DNA of 64,000 nucleotides from Giardia intestinalis (lineage: Eukaryota): the NCBI GenBank assembly GCA_000002435.2, contig CM018789.1; one strand, given 5' to 3'. Shown here in pieces: positions 49,024 to 58,970 of this stretch. A program made the position numbers and the translations under genes. Numbering within the stretch: position 1 is the first letter of the stretch; every line of letters begins with the position of its first letter. The notes below the pieces were generated by a model. That model did not search any database, was not told the DNA's origin, and was given only the letters and a program-made list of their open reading frames with translations.

Positions 49024-52000
49024 ATGTCATCACGGCCGGGCTCCTCGCGAGCGGATGCCATATCTGCACTGATGACTATGAGCCAATCGGTTACACGAGT
49101 GGGATACGTTCCAGCGGAGCTTCAAAACACATTGAGCAAAGGACTTCAACGACCCGTATATGCATCTCCTCCACACTTCTTTTCTCAGAAAAATCTCCGG
49201 TTAAACCAGCAGCAACAGAGATCACCAATCCGTACCATTTATCAGAGACCAAAAAGATTTTCCTCCGAGGGCCCCCAGCCATCTGTCTATGTACGCAATC
49301 TGGCCAACGAGATTAGAACAACGTCATCACCAGAACACTTTCGTCGATATCCCAAGCAATCGTTCCACACAAGTCAATCTGCAACCATTACCTATAAAAT
49401 TGCGTTATCGAACCATCAGACAAAGCTTATGCATATTCCTTCAGATACCAGAGATGCTAAGGCGTCTAAAGAGACGGATAGTTGCAGCGTTGGAGGGTTT
49501 CGCCCTATAGACCCATCTGCTGCTGCGTTAGTCAATACAAAGGCCTCCGGTCCTGATTTGCGAAAGCATGAACAATCACAGGAAGACATCCAAGAAACAT
49601 TTCTCACAGAACCGCCCGTTGATTCCATTCATATAAACGAGGCTCCAAGGTCACCGTCACCGCTTGCGCAACAGCTCTTGGATGATGAGGCGCTCACCGA
49701 AGAGGCCAGGTACTTGTACCCAAAAGTGCTTACTCCAGATCGTCGCCGTCTTGATCGCTATATTCAGGCGTCCCATGGATATGTGGGGAAAGAGTTTATA
49801 GAGGTCACCGAGAAACATAGTGTTGGGCAAAAGAGACTTGTTGCAGAAAAATACAACAGTGAATATATCAATAAGCTCCCATCATCTCACCACAAGATAG
49901 AGAAGTCAAGTATATCAAAGCGCAACAGCAACAGGGGCTCATCTCTACCTTATGACCCTTCATCATCTAAGCAGCGAGGTCATTCTGAATATTCCCAAGC
50001 ATCCATATCTACCGTGCAGAAACAGCGGGATAATAGAGCAAATGTTCAGGTCGAACTCAGCAAGCTCGCGTGGGAGGACGCTTTTATAAGGAAAATCGAT
50101 CTCATGACTGGCGCTCAATTAGAGAAGCCCGAATCTTCTACAAAGCCACAGGAGAAAGTCTCTGACTCACCACACCAGTCCCAAAAGCGCTCCACTCCAT
50201 ATCCCCACTTGGCAAGCATGTATACTGCAAGCGCTGAACGTAAGCAGAGGCCCCGTACAGCTAGGACAAGCAACCTTAATGAAGTGCGTGAGTTGATGGT
50301 AACGTCTGTGGCGAGACAAGGTCTAGTAAGGAAAAGACCAGTATCAGCAACCATCCCACAGACTTCTACACTGCCATCTACTTCTTCTCTTGATAACTTA
50401 TCAAGCGATGGCATTAAGAAGATGATTTCTGCAACAAGATTCATATCTAGTGTAACTGCTGCTGCCCCTTCGAAGGCAGAGATACGAGATATGTGCGAAT
50501 TCCACAAGAGGACCGCCCGGGACGCCCAGACAGAAAGAAATGTTTCTCTTCTTAATCCAAATGTTGCAGACTTATTCACACGTCTTGGGGAACAGCGCGC
50601 ATGCACATTTTGCGACCATTACAACAAGAACAGAGCAGTGGCTTGTAGACTCGTTCTTACACAGATCTTACACCTATGCCGACAGCACATGTGCATGCAG
50701 TACTTTAACTGCATTTCAGCTGTACACAATCCCTTCCAATCTACACAGCTCTTCTTAGAATGGGAGAATCACTGCATAGTAATTAGAGCGTGTCTGCAGG
50801 CGCTCCATCGCCTTCGGTTTTTCCATGTTATCATGGATCAGCTCCTGTACCATCTACCAGAGTCTTTTTTCAATGAAATTTCTAAGGCTCCGCTCAATCA
50901 GCTGGGTCTTTCGGCGGAACTCATACGCTCCTACTTTACCCTCAAGCGAACCACTAGTGATAGATACGACGATAACACGTCGAATAAACTACTGACCTCA
51001 TTGTCGCCCAGACAAGATAACCCGCAAGTTTCGCTAGACCAAAAACGATCGGTGGAACCTGAAGCAAGCATTTCTGCGGGATTTTTTCCTGACCACAAAC
51101 ATGTGATAGACTTATCGCTTATAGAGCTAAGCACTGCTGTTTCAGAAAGTGGACAGCAAGGAGGTATTGCAAACAATAACATTACAAACACCAACGCCCG
51201 TCTTGCAAATGTCAATATTGGCGCTTTCGATGCACCAGCTCATTCATCTCCCTTACCTGACCAGACAAAACCCCAATCTATAGCTACAGACCGACGGTAT
51301 CTTGCACCACTTTCCCTAGAAGTAGCAGTTGCCATTACTAGCATTCTAGCTGAGAGATTGAACATCTTCACCAGAAAGACACAGCGGAAGTCAGGGATAG
51401 ACGGCGCTCTTCTCTGTGGAGTCATTGCTTTTATTGGGGCATGCAACTATGACTGTTACTATGAGCTCATAAGCCCAGTACCATTAGAAGAGCGTTTGAG
51501 TACATTTGCCGGTCCGAGTGTACCGAAGATTAGAGCAAGAAGCTCTAATAACCACGGAGAGGCATCAATAACGCGTATCCTGGACTACCTGTGTGTTGAG
51601 ATCTTAAGCATGCTCGTCAATAGTTATAATGATTCCCTACCCAGTAATTTAACATATACCAATAAGTCAGCAAAGACACCGTCAACGGCCCCGCGATTTG
51701 AGGTAGTTTCCTCACTCAATAGGGCGCACCCAATCAACGCAACAAGCGTAGACTGGCTCCAGCTCAGTCTGTACGATGGCTTCATCGCGGCAGTCTCGTC
51801 ATTTCGAGCAGCATGCAACAAAAATAGATTCGTCGCCGAGCATACCTTCTTACTGGAATTTAATCCTCAATTGTCGCACAGAGTGTTTGAGGCGGCCGCA
51901 ATAGTCCTGAAAAACATGCCAGTACATGTCGCAGCCCAGCATTTTGACCGTGTGTGCCTAGTCACCTTTTGCACCATTACCTTTATCAAAGGGGCCATAG

Positions 52001-52629
52001 TCTCGGCCTCTACACGGAAGGTCATAACGACAATATTTCAAGGCGTCATTCTGAATGACCCCTACACGATAGCAAACGGATACTACTTGTTATCCACGTG
52101 CATAAGCATTCTTCTGGATATGAGGATAATGTGTAGAGAGAGCCAGAGCAATAACCAGAACAATGCAGAGAATAATCTCAGATATCTGTCGTACTTATTT
52201 TCAGAGCTGTGCCTCCTCAGTGGGATAATAGTAGAGACACATTGCTTGAGCCTAGCATCCGGTATAGCCTTGGGGAATATTCACATGATGTTTTCTAATT
52301 ATCCATCTAATATAAACGGTGCACTGCCCCCCTTTATTTTCTTTTTCAGCGGAGCTGAGGATGCCAATCAGACAGATATAAATATTAATCATGAAAAAGC
52401 AGGGATATATTTGAAGTACTACGTAGCCTCATTCGTCATGAGACTGGGAATCTCATATGCTCGGTGCGCGGGTCGCCTGGACATGTCCATTGCAGAAATC
52501 ATCTCCAGTTCTAGCGTTTTTAGGCACTTATACCAGGAATACTCTGCGTATCGTGAAAAGTATGTCCTCGTAGATGAGTTTTGCAGGGTTCTGTTCGAGG
52601 AGAACAAGGGCCTGATGCTAATCGGCTAG
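49024..52629 (+). CDS. Hypothetical protein of 1201 aa.
   Basis: A long ORF with an ATG behind the AT-rich initiator. The N-terminal third is S/P/Q-rich. No domain recognised. Confidence 0.55.
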   Translation: MSSRPGSSRADAISALMTMSQSVTRVGYVPAELQNTLSKGLQRPVYASPPHFFSQKNLRLNQQQQRSPIRTIYQRPKRFSSEGPQPSVYVRNLANEIRTTSSPEHFRRYPKQSFHTSQSATITYKIALSNHQTKLMHIPSDTRDAKASKETDSCSVGGFRPIDPSAAALVNTKASGPDLRKHEQSQEDIQETFLTEPPVDSIHINEAPRSPSPLAQQLLDDEALTEEARYLYPKVLTPDRRRLDRYIQASHGYVGKEFIEVTEKHSVGQKRLVAEKYNSEYINKLPSSHHKIEKSSISKRNSNRGSSLPYDPSSSKQRGHSEYSQASISTVQKQRDNRANVQVELSKLAWEDAFIRKIDLMTGAQLEKPESSTKPQEKVSDSPHQSQKRSTPYPHLASMYTASAERKQRPRTARTSNLNEVRELMVTSVARQGLVRKRPVSATIPQTSTLPSTSSLDNLSSDGIKKMISATRFISSVTAAAPSKAEIRDMCEFHKRTARDAQTERNVSLLNPNVADLFTRLGEQRACTFCDHYNKNRAVACRLVLTQILHLCRQHMCMQYFNCISAVHNPFQSTQLFLEWENHCIVIRACLQALHRLRFFHVIMDQLLYHLPESFFNEISKAPLNQLGLSAELIRSYFTLKRTTSDRYDDNTSNKLLTSLSPRQDNPQVSLDQKRSVEPEASISAGFFPDHKHVIDLSLIELSTAVSESGQQGGIANNNITNTNARLANVNIGAFDAPAHSSPLPDQTKPQSIATDRRYLAPLSLEVAVAITSILAERLNIFTRKTQRKSGIDGALLCGVIAFIGACNYDCYYELISPVPLEERLSTFAGPSVPKIRARSSNNHGEASITRILDYLCVEILSMLVNSYNDSLPSNLTYTNKSAKTPSTAPRFEVVSSLNRAHPINATSVDWLQLSLYDGFIAAVSSFRAACNKNRFVAEHTFLLEFNPQLSHRVFEAAAIVLKNMPVHVAAQHFDRVCLVTFCTITFIKGAIVSASTRKVITTIFQGVILNDPYTIANGYYLLSTCISILLDMRIMCRESQSNNQNNAENNLRYLSYLFSELCLLSGIIVETHCLSLASGIALGNIHMMFSNYPSNINGALPPFIFFFSGAEDANQTDININHEKAGIYLKYYVASFVMRLGISYARCAGRLDMSIAEIISSSSVFRHLYQEYSAYREKYVLVDEFCRVLFEENKGLMLIG

Positions 52630-55600
52630 ACACGACCAAAGTTCTCAACGGTGTGGGGGCTTCTGTTGCAATCTCCTACTTCTTCTGTTAATATGGAGGA
52701 TGTGCTCGTCGGAGATTCTTCTGGTTCCATGGGTGAGTCCTTGGGCTTCAGCCGCCGCATAGCAGAGCGCTTGCTTAGCTCCCTGCTATGTGCACTCACC
52801 GGTTTGCTGTGCTGTGCACTGGACGTCCGCGACATATTACTGGGAGTCTCGCTGACAAGATTTCCGCCTGGCGTTATGCAGCTGTACCTGTCCTTGCACC
52901 CTTGTTGAATGGACAGGTCGTCCCCGACTATGCTGCGAAGAGTTGCACAGCCAACCGAACTGACTTGGTCTATGAATGCGTCAAAGATGCGCCTGTGTGT
53001 TTCTAGCACAGGAAACTCATCTATCTCGTTGAGATCGAAATCAAGAACATTACTAAACAGGTCTGCATTGCGCATGTTGAGGATTTCCTCTTCTATCAAT
53101 AGGACCATGTTCGCACATTCGGACATTATTTGTTCTGTGTCCACAATTAAGTTATGCATACCGTTCAATACTATGTGCTCGTTTGTTCCCTTCTCCAAGA
53201 CCTTGAGTAAATCTTCAACTGTGTTGATGTTCAGTGTGCTAGCGTATATGCCGTTCATGCTGCGTATAGCCGCCATGTCCACAGCACCTGCCGAGGTATC
53301 GCGAGCTGACAATGCAGAAATGGGCTTTCCTTTCTTGGGTGTTCCTATCGGAGGCATAGACCTGTTGAGGATTGGCTTAGCGGTTGCAATTGATGATCTT
53401 GCGGTCGCGTTGGCATAATCAGAGTCGCCGCGAGATATGTAAATTTGAATGCACATGTCAACAAGCACGCTAATCACCTTATACGTTTCTGTGAGGGTTG
53501 TGGCCAGCGATCGTACAAAGGAACGGATGACAAAGATGCTTTCGTGCTTGACGAAATTGTTGATTATTTTACGCAGTCCTAGAGAGATATGGGTGGCAAG
53601 AGGCGCTAATTTAGAGTCCCTATGGGGAGGAGCTGCATTCGTTGCACGAAAGATTGAAAGACTGGATGTAGCCCCAGCAGCTCTCTGAACCCCGGGGTCA
53701 TTGAGTAGTAATCGCTCAGATGCAGAGCGTTTGCCAGAAGGAGTTGAACCCCTGACAGAGCTAGTCGTGGCAGAAATCTTTCCAGAAAGCTTTTTAATCT
53801 GCTTTGTGGACAGCCCCGTCAGCATGCGTTGCATATTCTGAACGCTCCTCACCAAAACAGATAAAATGCTCCTGGGTCCCTCGTCGCAGTTCGTAATGAG
53901 GGCTTCAAAAGTGGTTGTTTTGAGGTCACTGTACTGGTTGAGAAAAGACGCCAACAGCACACACGTTTCACTCCAGATTTGCGTGCAAAGGCCAATGCAA
54001 TCCCGAGTGGCTGCACAGGTGCGTGTGATTGCAAAACTGTTTGCTCGCGTGTTATTCGTTGTGCACATAAATGTTTTGTTTGCAAAAAAGGCAAAATATT
54101 CCAACAATTTGATAAAGTCTTCAAACGGCACATTCGAGGAGGAGATTGGCAGCTTCCCGAGAGATCTCAGGGTCGCTAGGAGAAAGGCAAGTTTCTGCTG
54201 CGACAAGAAAGATATAGGTTGACCGGCAGCCGGACGCGCCTTGACCAAATTGTATTCCTCTGTAACGTTCTCCAGCTGTGTTGACAAATAGTCTTTGCTG
54301 CTATAGCTCGGGGGCTCGAAAGTGGAATACTCAGCACTCGAAAAAAGATAGTTATTAAGCATTATAACTCCAGTGCGTGGGAACATGCTGATGATAATGG
54401 CCATGCAGTGGGCAACAAATTCTATTGGACCTATTTGCTTTGCAGTATTGTAAGACGGCAAAGGGTAGACAAGGCTGTGGGAGGAAATAGGAGAGCTAAT
54501 ATACCCTGGTGAGAGGCCCAAGGAGAAGAAGTTCCGCGAAGTAGAGGGGTCGATGTCTTTGCCATAAATATCGTTAACGCTCATTGCTAATGTGACAGGA
54601 TCGTATATATTACGGTAAGACACTGGCTCTGTGGCAAAGAACGAGGTCGGCAAGTAGCTGAATAGGCTATGCACTATGAAGTCCAGGTACCTAGTGGATT
54701 GAAGATTTTCTTCGCTAAGCTTACGAAGTACTGACATCAGCAGAACTGTGAGAAAACGCTGTAGGGCCCCAAATATCACCGTGGAGAGGGTTAGTGAGTA
54801 AGTAGAACAGAATGCAAAAATGGTGAACATTTCCGACTCTAATGAAAACGAAACTGCTTCGGTGATGACGTCTACTTTGTGCTCAAGCAGGCGTAAAAAT
54901 TCTAAATGGAACACGGACCTTACAGACTCGTTGGCAAGTTCTGCGTCGTTTATGATGTCATCTAAGGAGATGTCCGGCATGAATGACGCCTCCTCGGCCA
55001 CCTGGATATATTTTTTCCGCATGTATACATTGTTCAATGCGTAATCATGTATTTCATATGCGACTCCGGAGAGTTCCTGCAGATTAAAGTTCTGCTCAAT
55101 CATTGCAATATAGGCTCGATTATCCATGTCTAGGAAGCTCTTCTGGAGAAGGACAAGGGTGGCCTGGGCAATCTCCGCAAAGGTAACCACTCTAGTGACA
55201 AACTGGGCATTGTAGAGCTTGTCTCGTTCTTTGCTGGTAACAACAGGATTGGCCACCGCAGGCGCCTTGATGACTATTGGGATATCTCTGCCAATCCGAG
55301 ATGTTGTCTGCTTACTGCCTCGCGTAGATGGGCGTGTGGTCTCAGGCTTATCACAACACGTAGGATGTCTTGCAATCTTTTTCGTTGTAAATTCATACAG
55401 GTACGTTAGAATGGCGCACGCGCCCATCTGCACCGCTCCAGACTCTCCACACACAGCATCAACCCGCCTATCCCAGTCTTCTGGAAACGGAAAGTGCACC
55501 GCCGCCAGACAACGCCTGATATAGGACCAATTTTCTCTCCTGTCGGCCAGTATATTGCCCTCATTGAGGTCCAGAATGGTGCAGCTGTCGCGAAAATATC

Positions 55601-55718
55601 GCGAAATGATCTCTGCAACAACGTGGCCGGAGGAGACATCATGCTTAAGATTTCGTGGAACCTTCTTAAGCTCTAGTGTGTTCAACCACCGAAGAACGTC
55701 AAAGCTGAGGCTAGCCAT
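52626..55718 (-). CDS. Protein with an N-terminal CH-like domain (SPEF1/CLAMP, DUF1042 type). It is probably cytoskeletal or flagellar.
   Basis: MASLSFDVLRWLNTLELKKVPRNLKHDVSSGHVVAEIISRYF parallels SPEF1's LYKWLD.LPLSRPKRNI.RDFSDGVLVAEV.K.YFP. The track start is TTG. The ATG is at 55718, behind an AT-rich initiator. Confidence 0.5.
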   Translation of the reverse strand: MASLSFDVLRWLNTLELKKVPRNLKHDVSSGHVVAEIISRYFRDSCTILDLNEGNILADRRENWSYIRRCLAAVHFPFPEDWDRRVDAVCGESGAVQMGACAILTYLYEFTTKKIARHPTCCDKPETTRPSTRGSKQTTSRIGRDIPIVIKAPAVANPVVTSKERDKLYNAQFVTRVVTFAEIAQATLVLLQKSFLDMDNRAYIAMIEQNFNLQELSGVAYEIHDYALNNVYMRKKYIQVAEEASFMPDISLDDIINDAELANESVRSVFHLEFLRLLEHKVDVITEAVSFSLESEMFTIFAFCSTYSLTLSTVIFGALQRFLTVLLMSVLRKLSEENLQSTRYLDFIVHSLFSYLPTSFFATEPVSYRNIYDPVTLAMSVNDIYGKDIDPSTSRNFFSLGLSPGYISSPISSHSLVYPLPSYNTAKQIGPIEFVAHCMAIIISMFPRTGVIMLNNYLFSSAEYSTFEPPSYSSKDYLSTQLENVTEEYNLVKARPAAGQPISFLSQQKLAFLLATLRSLGKLPISSSNVPFEDFIKLLEYFAFFANKTFMCTTNNTRANSFAITRTCAATRDCIGLCTQIWSETCVLLASFLNQYSDLKTTTFEALITNCDEGPRSILSVLVRSVQNMQRMLTGLSTKQIKKLSGKISATTSSVRGSTPSGKRSASERLLLNDPGVQRAAGATSSLSIFRATNAAPPHRDSKLAPLATHISLGLRKIINNFVKHESIFVIRSFVRSLATTLTETYKVISVLVDMCIQIYISRGDSDYANATARSSIATAKPILNRSMPPIGTPKKGKPISALSARDTSAGAVDMAAIRSMNGIYASTLNINTVEDLLKVLEKGTNEHIVLNGMHNLIVDTEQIMSECANMVLLIEEEILNMRNADLFSNVLDFDLNEIDEFPVLETHRRIFDAFIDQVSSVGCATLRSIVGDDLSIQQGCKDRYSCITPGGNLVSETPSNMSRTSSAQHSKPVSAHSRELSKRSAMRRLKPKDSPMEPEESPTSTSSILTEEVGDCNRSPHTVENFGRV

Positions 55719-55815
55719 GGTGTCTGTGAATTTTCCCAATTTTTTGAAAATCTAGGGCTGAAACGGTAGTTGGATTTGAGGAGAAATATCTAACTAAAAA
55801 AGGACGGAGCGTTAG

Positions 55816-56358
55816 ATGTTAAGGCTCTGGCAAGAATACGTACAAGAAGATGATGTCCTTGCATGCCTTTCTGTCCTCGATGAAGACTGTCAGCGAGCGG
55901 TACAGGTCATTGAACGGTTAGATGTTGAAGGAGGAACACCCGAGATGCAGACCCACGAAAGAGTATGCACTAGTTTCTCCCATGGTCTAATTCGGACTGC
56001 GCTGCGCCGCTTCCCTCTTGCCTTATCGAAGAATCTGGGCCGTGTCCAAAGTATGCTCAATGCCTTCAACCATGCGCTTCAGGAGACATCAACCGAATCC
56101 TTTTCACATGCCATCTCGTCCTCTTGTGGGTCGCTAGTTTCAAGTCTCTGTAATAATCCATCTGCGGGAGCCGCCATGGGTGCTCTTCCCAACCTTAGAA
56201 AGTCACCGGGGGCTGCTCTATCTGCCCTTCTTATGGGGCCCACTATTGCTCACCTGGTGGGCTCCGTCTATTCGCTGGGCCTAAACGCATACCATATCTG
56301 CAAGCTAGAACTCCGTGACCTCCGTCTCCACCGAGCAGAGATGGACAAGAAGGCGTAG
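55816..56358 (+). CDS. Hypothetical small protein of 180 aa.
   Basis: ATG behind an AT-rich initiator (ctaactaaaaaaggacggagcgttagATG). No domain recognised. Confidence 0.45.
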   Translation: MLRLWQEYVQEDDVLACLSVLDEDCQRAVQVIERLDVEGGTPEMQTHERVCTSFSHGLIRTALRRFPLALSKNLGRVQSMLNAFNHALQETSTESFSHAISSSCGSLVSSLCNNPSAGAAMGALPNLRKSPGAALSALLMGPTIAHLVGSVYSLGLNAYHICKLELRDLRLHRAEMDKKA

Positions 56359-56387
56359 GTTTACTTCTGCTGCATGTGTGCTTATCC

Positions 56388-56717
56388 CTAGACAGCGAGA
56401 AGCTCTACCTCAAAGACCAGCGTGGCCTTAGGTGGAATCACGGGGGGATAGCCGCGCTCCCCATATGCAAGCTGGTAGGGAATTGTAAAAAGAGCCTTCT
56501 CCCCCAGAGTCATGGTAGCAACACCTTGATCCCATCCCTTGATAACCTCCCCGGCCCCAAGAGTAAATTGAAAGGGTTTCCCACGGCTGCGCGAAGAGTC
56601 AAACTGCTTGCCGTCGGGAAAACGGCCATCGTAATGAACTGTGACCTTCTTCCCCGCCTGGGGCTTTGTGACGCCGTCGCCAGGGGTAAGAACCTTCTTC
56701 TCCAGCTGAGCCGACAT
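56388..56717 (-). CDS. FKBP: FKBP12-type peptidyl-prolyl isomerase.
   Basis: At 109 aa it is colinear with FKBP12: GVTKPQAGKKVTVHYDGRFPDGKQFDSSRSRGKPFQFTLGAGEVIKGWDQGVATMTLGEKALFTIPYQLAYGERGYPPVIPPKATLVFEVELL. Confidence 0.88.
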   Translation of the reverse strand: MSAQLEKKVLTPGDGVTKPQAGKKVTVHYDGRFPDGKQFDSSRSRGKPFQFTLGAGEVIKGWDQGVATMTLGEKALFTIPYQLAYGERGYPPVIPPKATLVFEVELLAV

Positions 56718-56788
56718 CTCAAATTTTGAAACTGGGGTTTACCAAATTCGTGGGCATTAGATGCGGGAGATTACGGGCTAATGATAAT

Positions 56789-57721
56789 TCAATCCCACCC
56801 GCCAGTCAGTGAGCTCATGTAAGAGTCGGGTGGAAGCTCCCTCTGGTCCGCGGGAACAGCCTCGAAAATCTTGAATTCTTCTTCTGCAGACTTAACAACC
56901 ATAATGCTCGCACTGTTCTTAGTGCGATAGGAGTAATTCGGCGCGCTCCAGATTGTAACCACCGTGCCATTGAAGTACTTCTGATACCCGGCAATGGCGA
57001 GCTGGTGCGCGCGGGCAATCATCTTGAGGTCGTTGATTCTAAGGAACTGGTCAACCGCTCTGGGCCCAAAGAGGTATCCTGCTCCGCGGTACGAGTGCTC
57101 CCACGTCTCAAGGGCCGTCGACGGATCAGACCACTGCAGATCTGCAAAGGGCCCCTCGCTGGGGATCTCCGACGACCGGTTCAGGATGCGAATATCGTCA
57201 ATGGTGGGCAGAGACGGGCTGATACCGCCATGGACGCAGAATATGCGCTCATCGATGATCGCTACAAGAGGTAGCTGGTCGAAAAGCTCCATGTACATCT
57301 TCCAGACACCGGCGTGGCCGTACTTCCTGTACGCTTCATCATAGAATCCATACGTCTGCGTGACTGCCCTGCACTCATGGTTGCCCCGCAGTAAATATAT
57401 TCTTGCGGGATAATTGACTTTCAAGCAAAGAAGGAGGGTGATCGTCTCCAGACTGTAGTACCCCCTGTCAACGTAATCTCCGAGAAAAAGGTAGCGAGCC
57501 CCATCGACGATCTTCCCCCCGAATTCAAACATATATCGTACATCATAAAACTGGCCGTGGACGTCCCCGCAAACGTTTAGAGATGGAGCAGACGAGATAG
57601 GAATAACGGTCGGCTCTTCTGAAAGAAGCTCCATGGCGCGCCATAAAAGGGCCAGTACATCGGCCTCGGGGAGAATTTCTCGGTTCAGGCATCGCTCAAG
57701 GTACGAGGCAAAGTCAGGCAT
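56789..57721 (-). CDS. Ser/Thr protein phosphatase catalytic subunit, PPP family (PP2A/PP4/PP6-like). This is tandem paralog 1.
   Basis: GDVHGQF, GDYVDRG, RGNHE, HGG, SAPNY, RG and H motifs are present. The first codon in the track is TTG. The ATG is at 57721. Confidence 0.85.
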   Translation of the reverse strand: MPDFASYLERCLNREILPEADVLALLWRAMELLSEEPTVIPISSAPSLNVCGDVHGQFYDVRYMFEFGGKIVDGARYLFLGDYVDRGYYSLETITLLLCLKVNYPARIYLLRGNHECRAVTQTYGFYDEAYRKYGHAGVWKMYMELFDQLPLVAIIDERIFCVHGGISPSLPTIDDIRILNRSSEIPSEGPFADLQWSDPSTALETWEHSYRGAGYLFGPRAVDQFLRINDLKMIARAHQLAIAGYQKYFNGTVVTIWSAPNYSYRTKNSASIMVVKSAEEEFKIFEAVPADQRELPPDSYMSSLTGGWD

Positions 57722-57865
57722 CAAACCGCCAGAGACTCTCAGAAACGCTTTAAAGGATTCATGAATAATTTTAATTTCGCGTATAATTTTAACATAAGAG
57801 ATACGTGGCAGTAGTCGCAGTGGCTCGAAGGACTGGAAGGGTTTACTTTGGCATAGAAAGACAGA

Positions 57866-58792
57866 TTACTTTAAACCCTTGATAGCCTCCAATAGCTCGT
57901 TGGGAAGGTCGGCCTCAGTATATTTATATGCATCAAATATGAGGTAGTCCTTCGCCTCGCCGTTGCTGACTGGCATGATGCAGGCCTTGTTCTTGGTACG
58001 ATAGGAGTAATTCGGGGCACTCCAGACTGTTACCAGCTTCTTATCGAAGTATTCTTGGTAGCCCTCCGTGGCAAGCTGGTGCGCGCGGGCAATCATCTTC
58101 AGGTCATTCATGGACAAAAACTGTTCAACAGCCTTTTTGCCAAAGAGGTACCCTGCTCCGCGATATGAATGCTCCCAGTTGTCAAGGTTTGTGCACGGAT
58201 CGGACCAATTGAGATCTGCAAACGGTCCCTCACTGGGGATCTCTATGGTTCTGTTAAGTAGGGTAATGTCATCGAGCGTCGGAAGAGCAGGGCTAAGCCC
58301 TCCATGGACACAGAAGATTGAATTGTCAACTATGGCAGCAATAGGCAGATGGTCAAAGAGCTCCATGAACAACTTCCAAACGCCGGCATGGGCGTACTTC
58401 TTCGTGGTCTCCTCGTAGAATCCATACGTCTGCGTGACTGACCTGCACTCGTGATTGCCTCGAATTAGGAAGATATCGTTAGGGTAGTTGATCTTATAAC
58501 AAAGGAGAAGGGTGATTGTCTCCAGACTATAGTATCCTCTGTCAACGTAATCTCCAAGGAAGAGGTAGCGATTTGTCCCGGATACCTCCCCACCGACCTC
58601 GTTTATCATTTTTATAACGTCTTGAAACTGGCCGTGGACGTCTCCACATACATTGATCTTGTCGCCGGTGGACTTGACTTGCAAAACATTCGGCTCCATG
58701 ATGAATATCTCTATTGCCTTCCATATAACACGGCGCAGCTCCTCCTCATCAAAGAACTCCCTCTTCTTGGCCTTCTCCAACCACCTGTCCAT
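57866..58792 (-). CDS. Ser/Thr protein phosphatase catalytic subunit, PPP family (PP2A-like). This is tandem paralog 2.
   Basis: The same motif set: CGDVHGQFQD, LGDYVDRGYYSLETI, IRGNHECRSVTQTYGFY, FCVHGGLSP, VWSAPNYSYR. It is about 70% identical to the neighbouring gene. Confidence 0.9.
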   Translation of the reverse strand: MDRWLEKAKKREFFDEEELRRVIWKAIEIFIMEPNVLQVKSTGDKINVCGDVHGQFQDVIKMINEVGGEVSGTNRYLFLGDYVDRGYYSLETITLLLCYKINYPNDIFLIRGNHECRSVTQTYGFYEETTKKYAHAGVWKLFMELFDHLPIAAIVDNSIFCVHGGLSPALPTLDDITLLNRTIEIPSEGPFADLNWSDPCTNLDNWEHSYRGAGYLFGKKAVEQFLSMNDLKMIARAHQLATEGYQEYFDKKLVTVWSAPNYSYRTKNKACIMPVSNGEAKDYLIFDAYKYTEADLPNELLEAIKGLK

Positions 58793-58970
58793 GACTTTTT
58801 ATTTTGATTTTTGCACTGCATCGTGGTGTAACAAGGTTTGCAGTGGTGAAGTGCAAGAAGCATCTGCAGTCTGGCAACTGCTTGCTGGGCAGGTTCTGGG
58901 TTCTAAATAGACAGCGTTGCAAGACGAGGTCGCTTTGCATAATCCTTTTTGTTTCCAAAAAATCGTGTCT

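Noticed and set aside
56994-57344. A 116-aa plus-strand ORF (MASWCARAIILRS...), with a twin at 58068-58418.
   Set aside because: Both are antisense shadows inside the two phosphatase paralogs. Their mutual similarity only mirrors the duplication of the sense genes.
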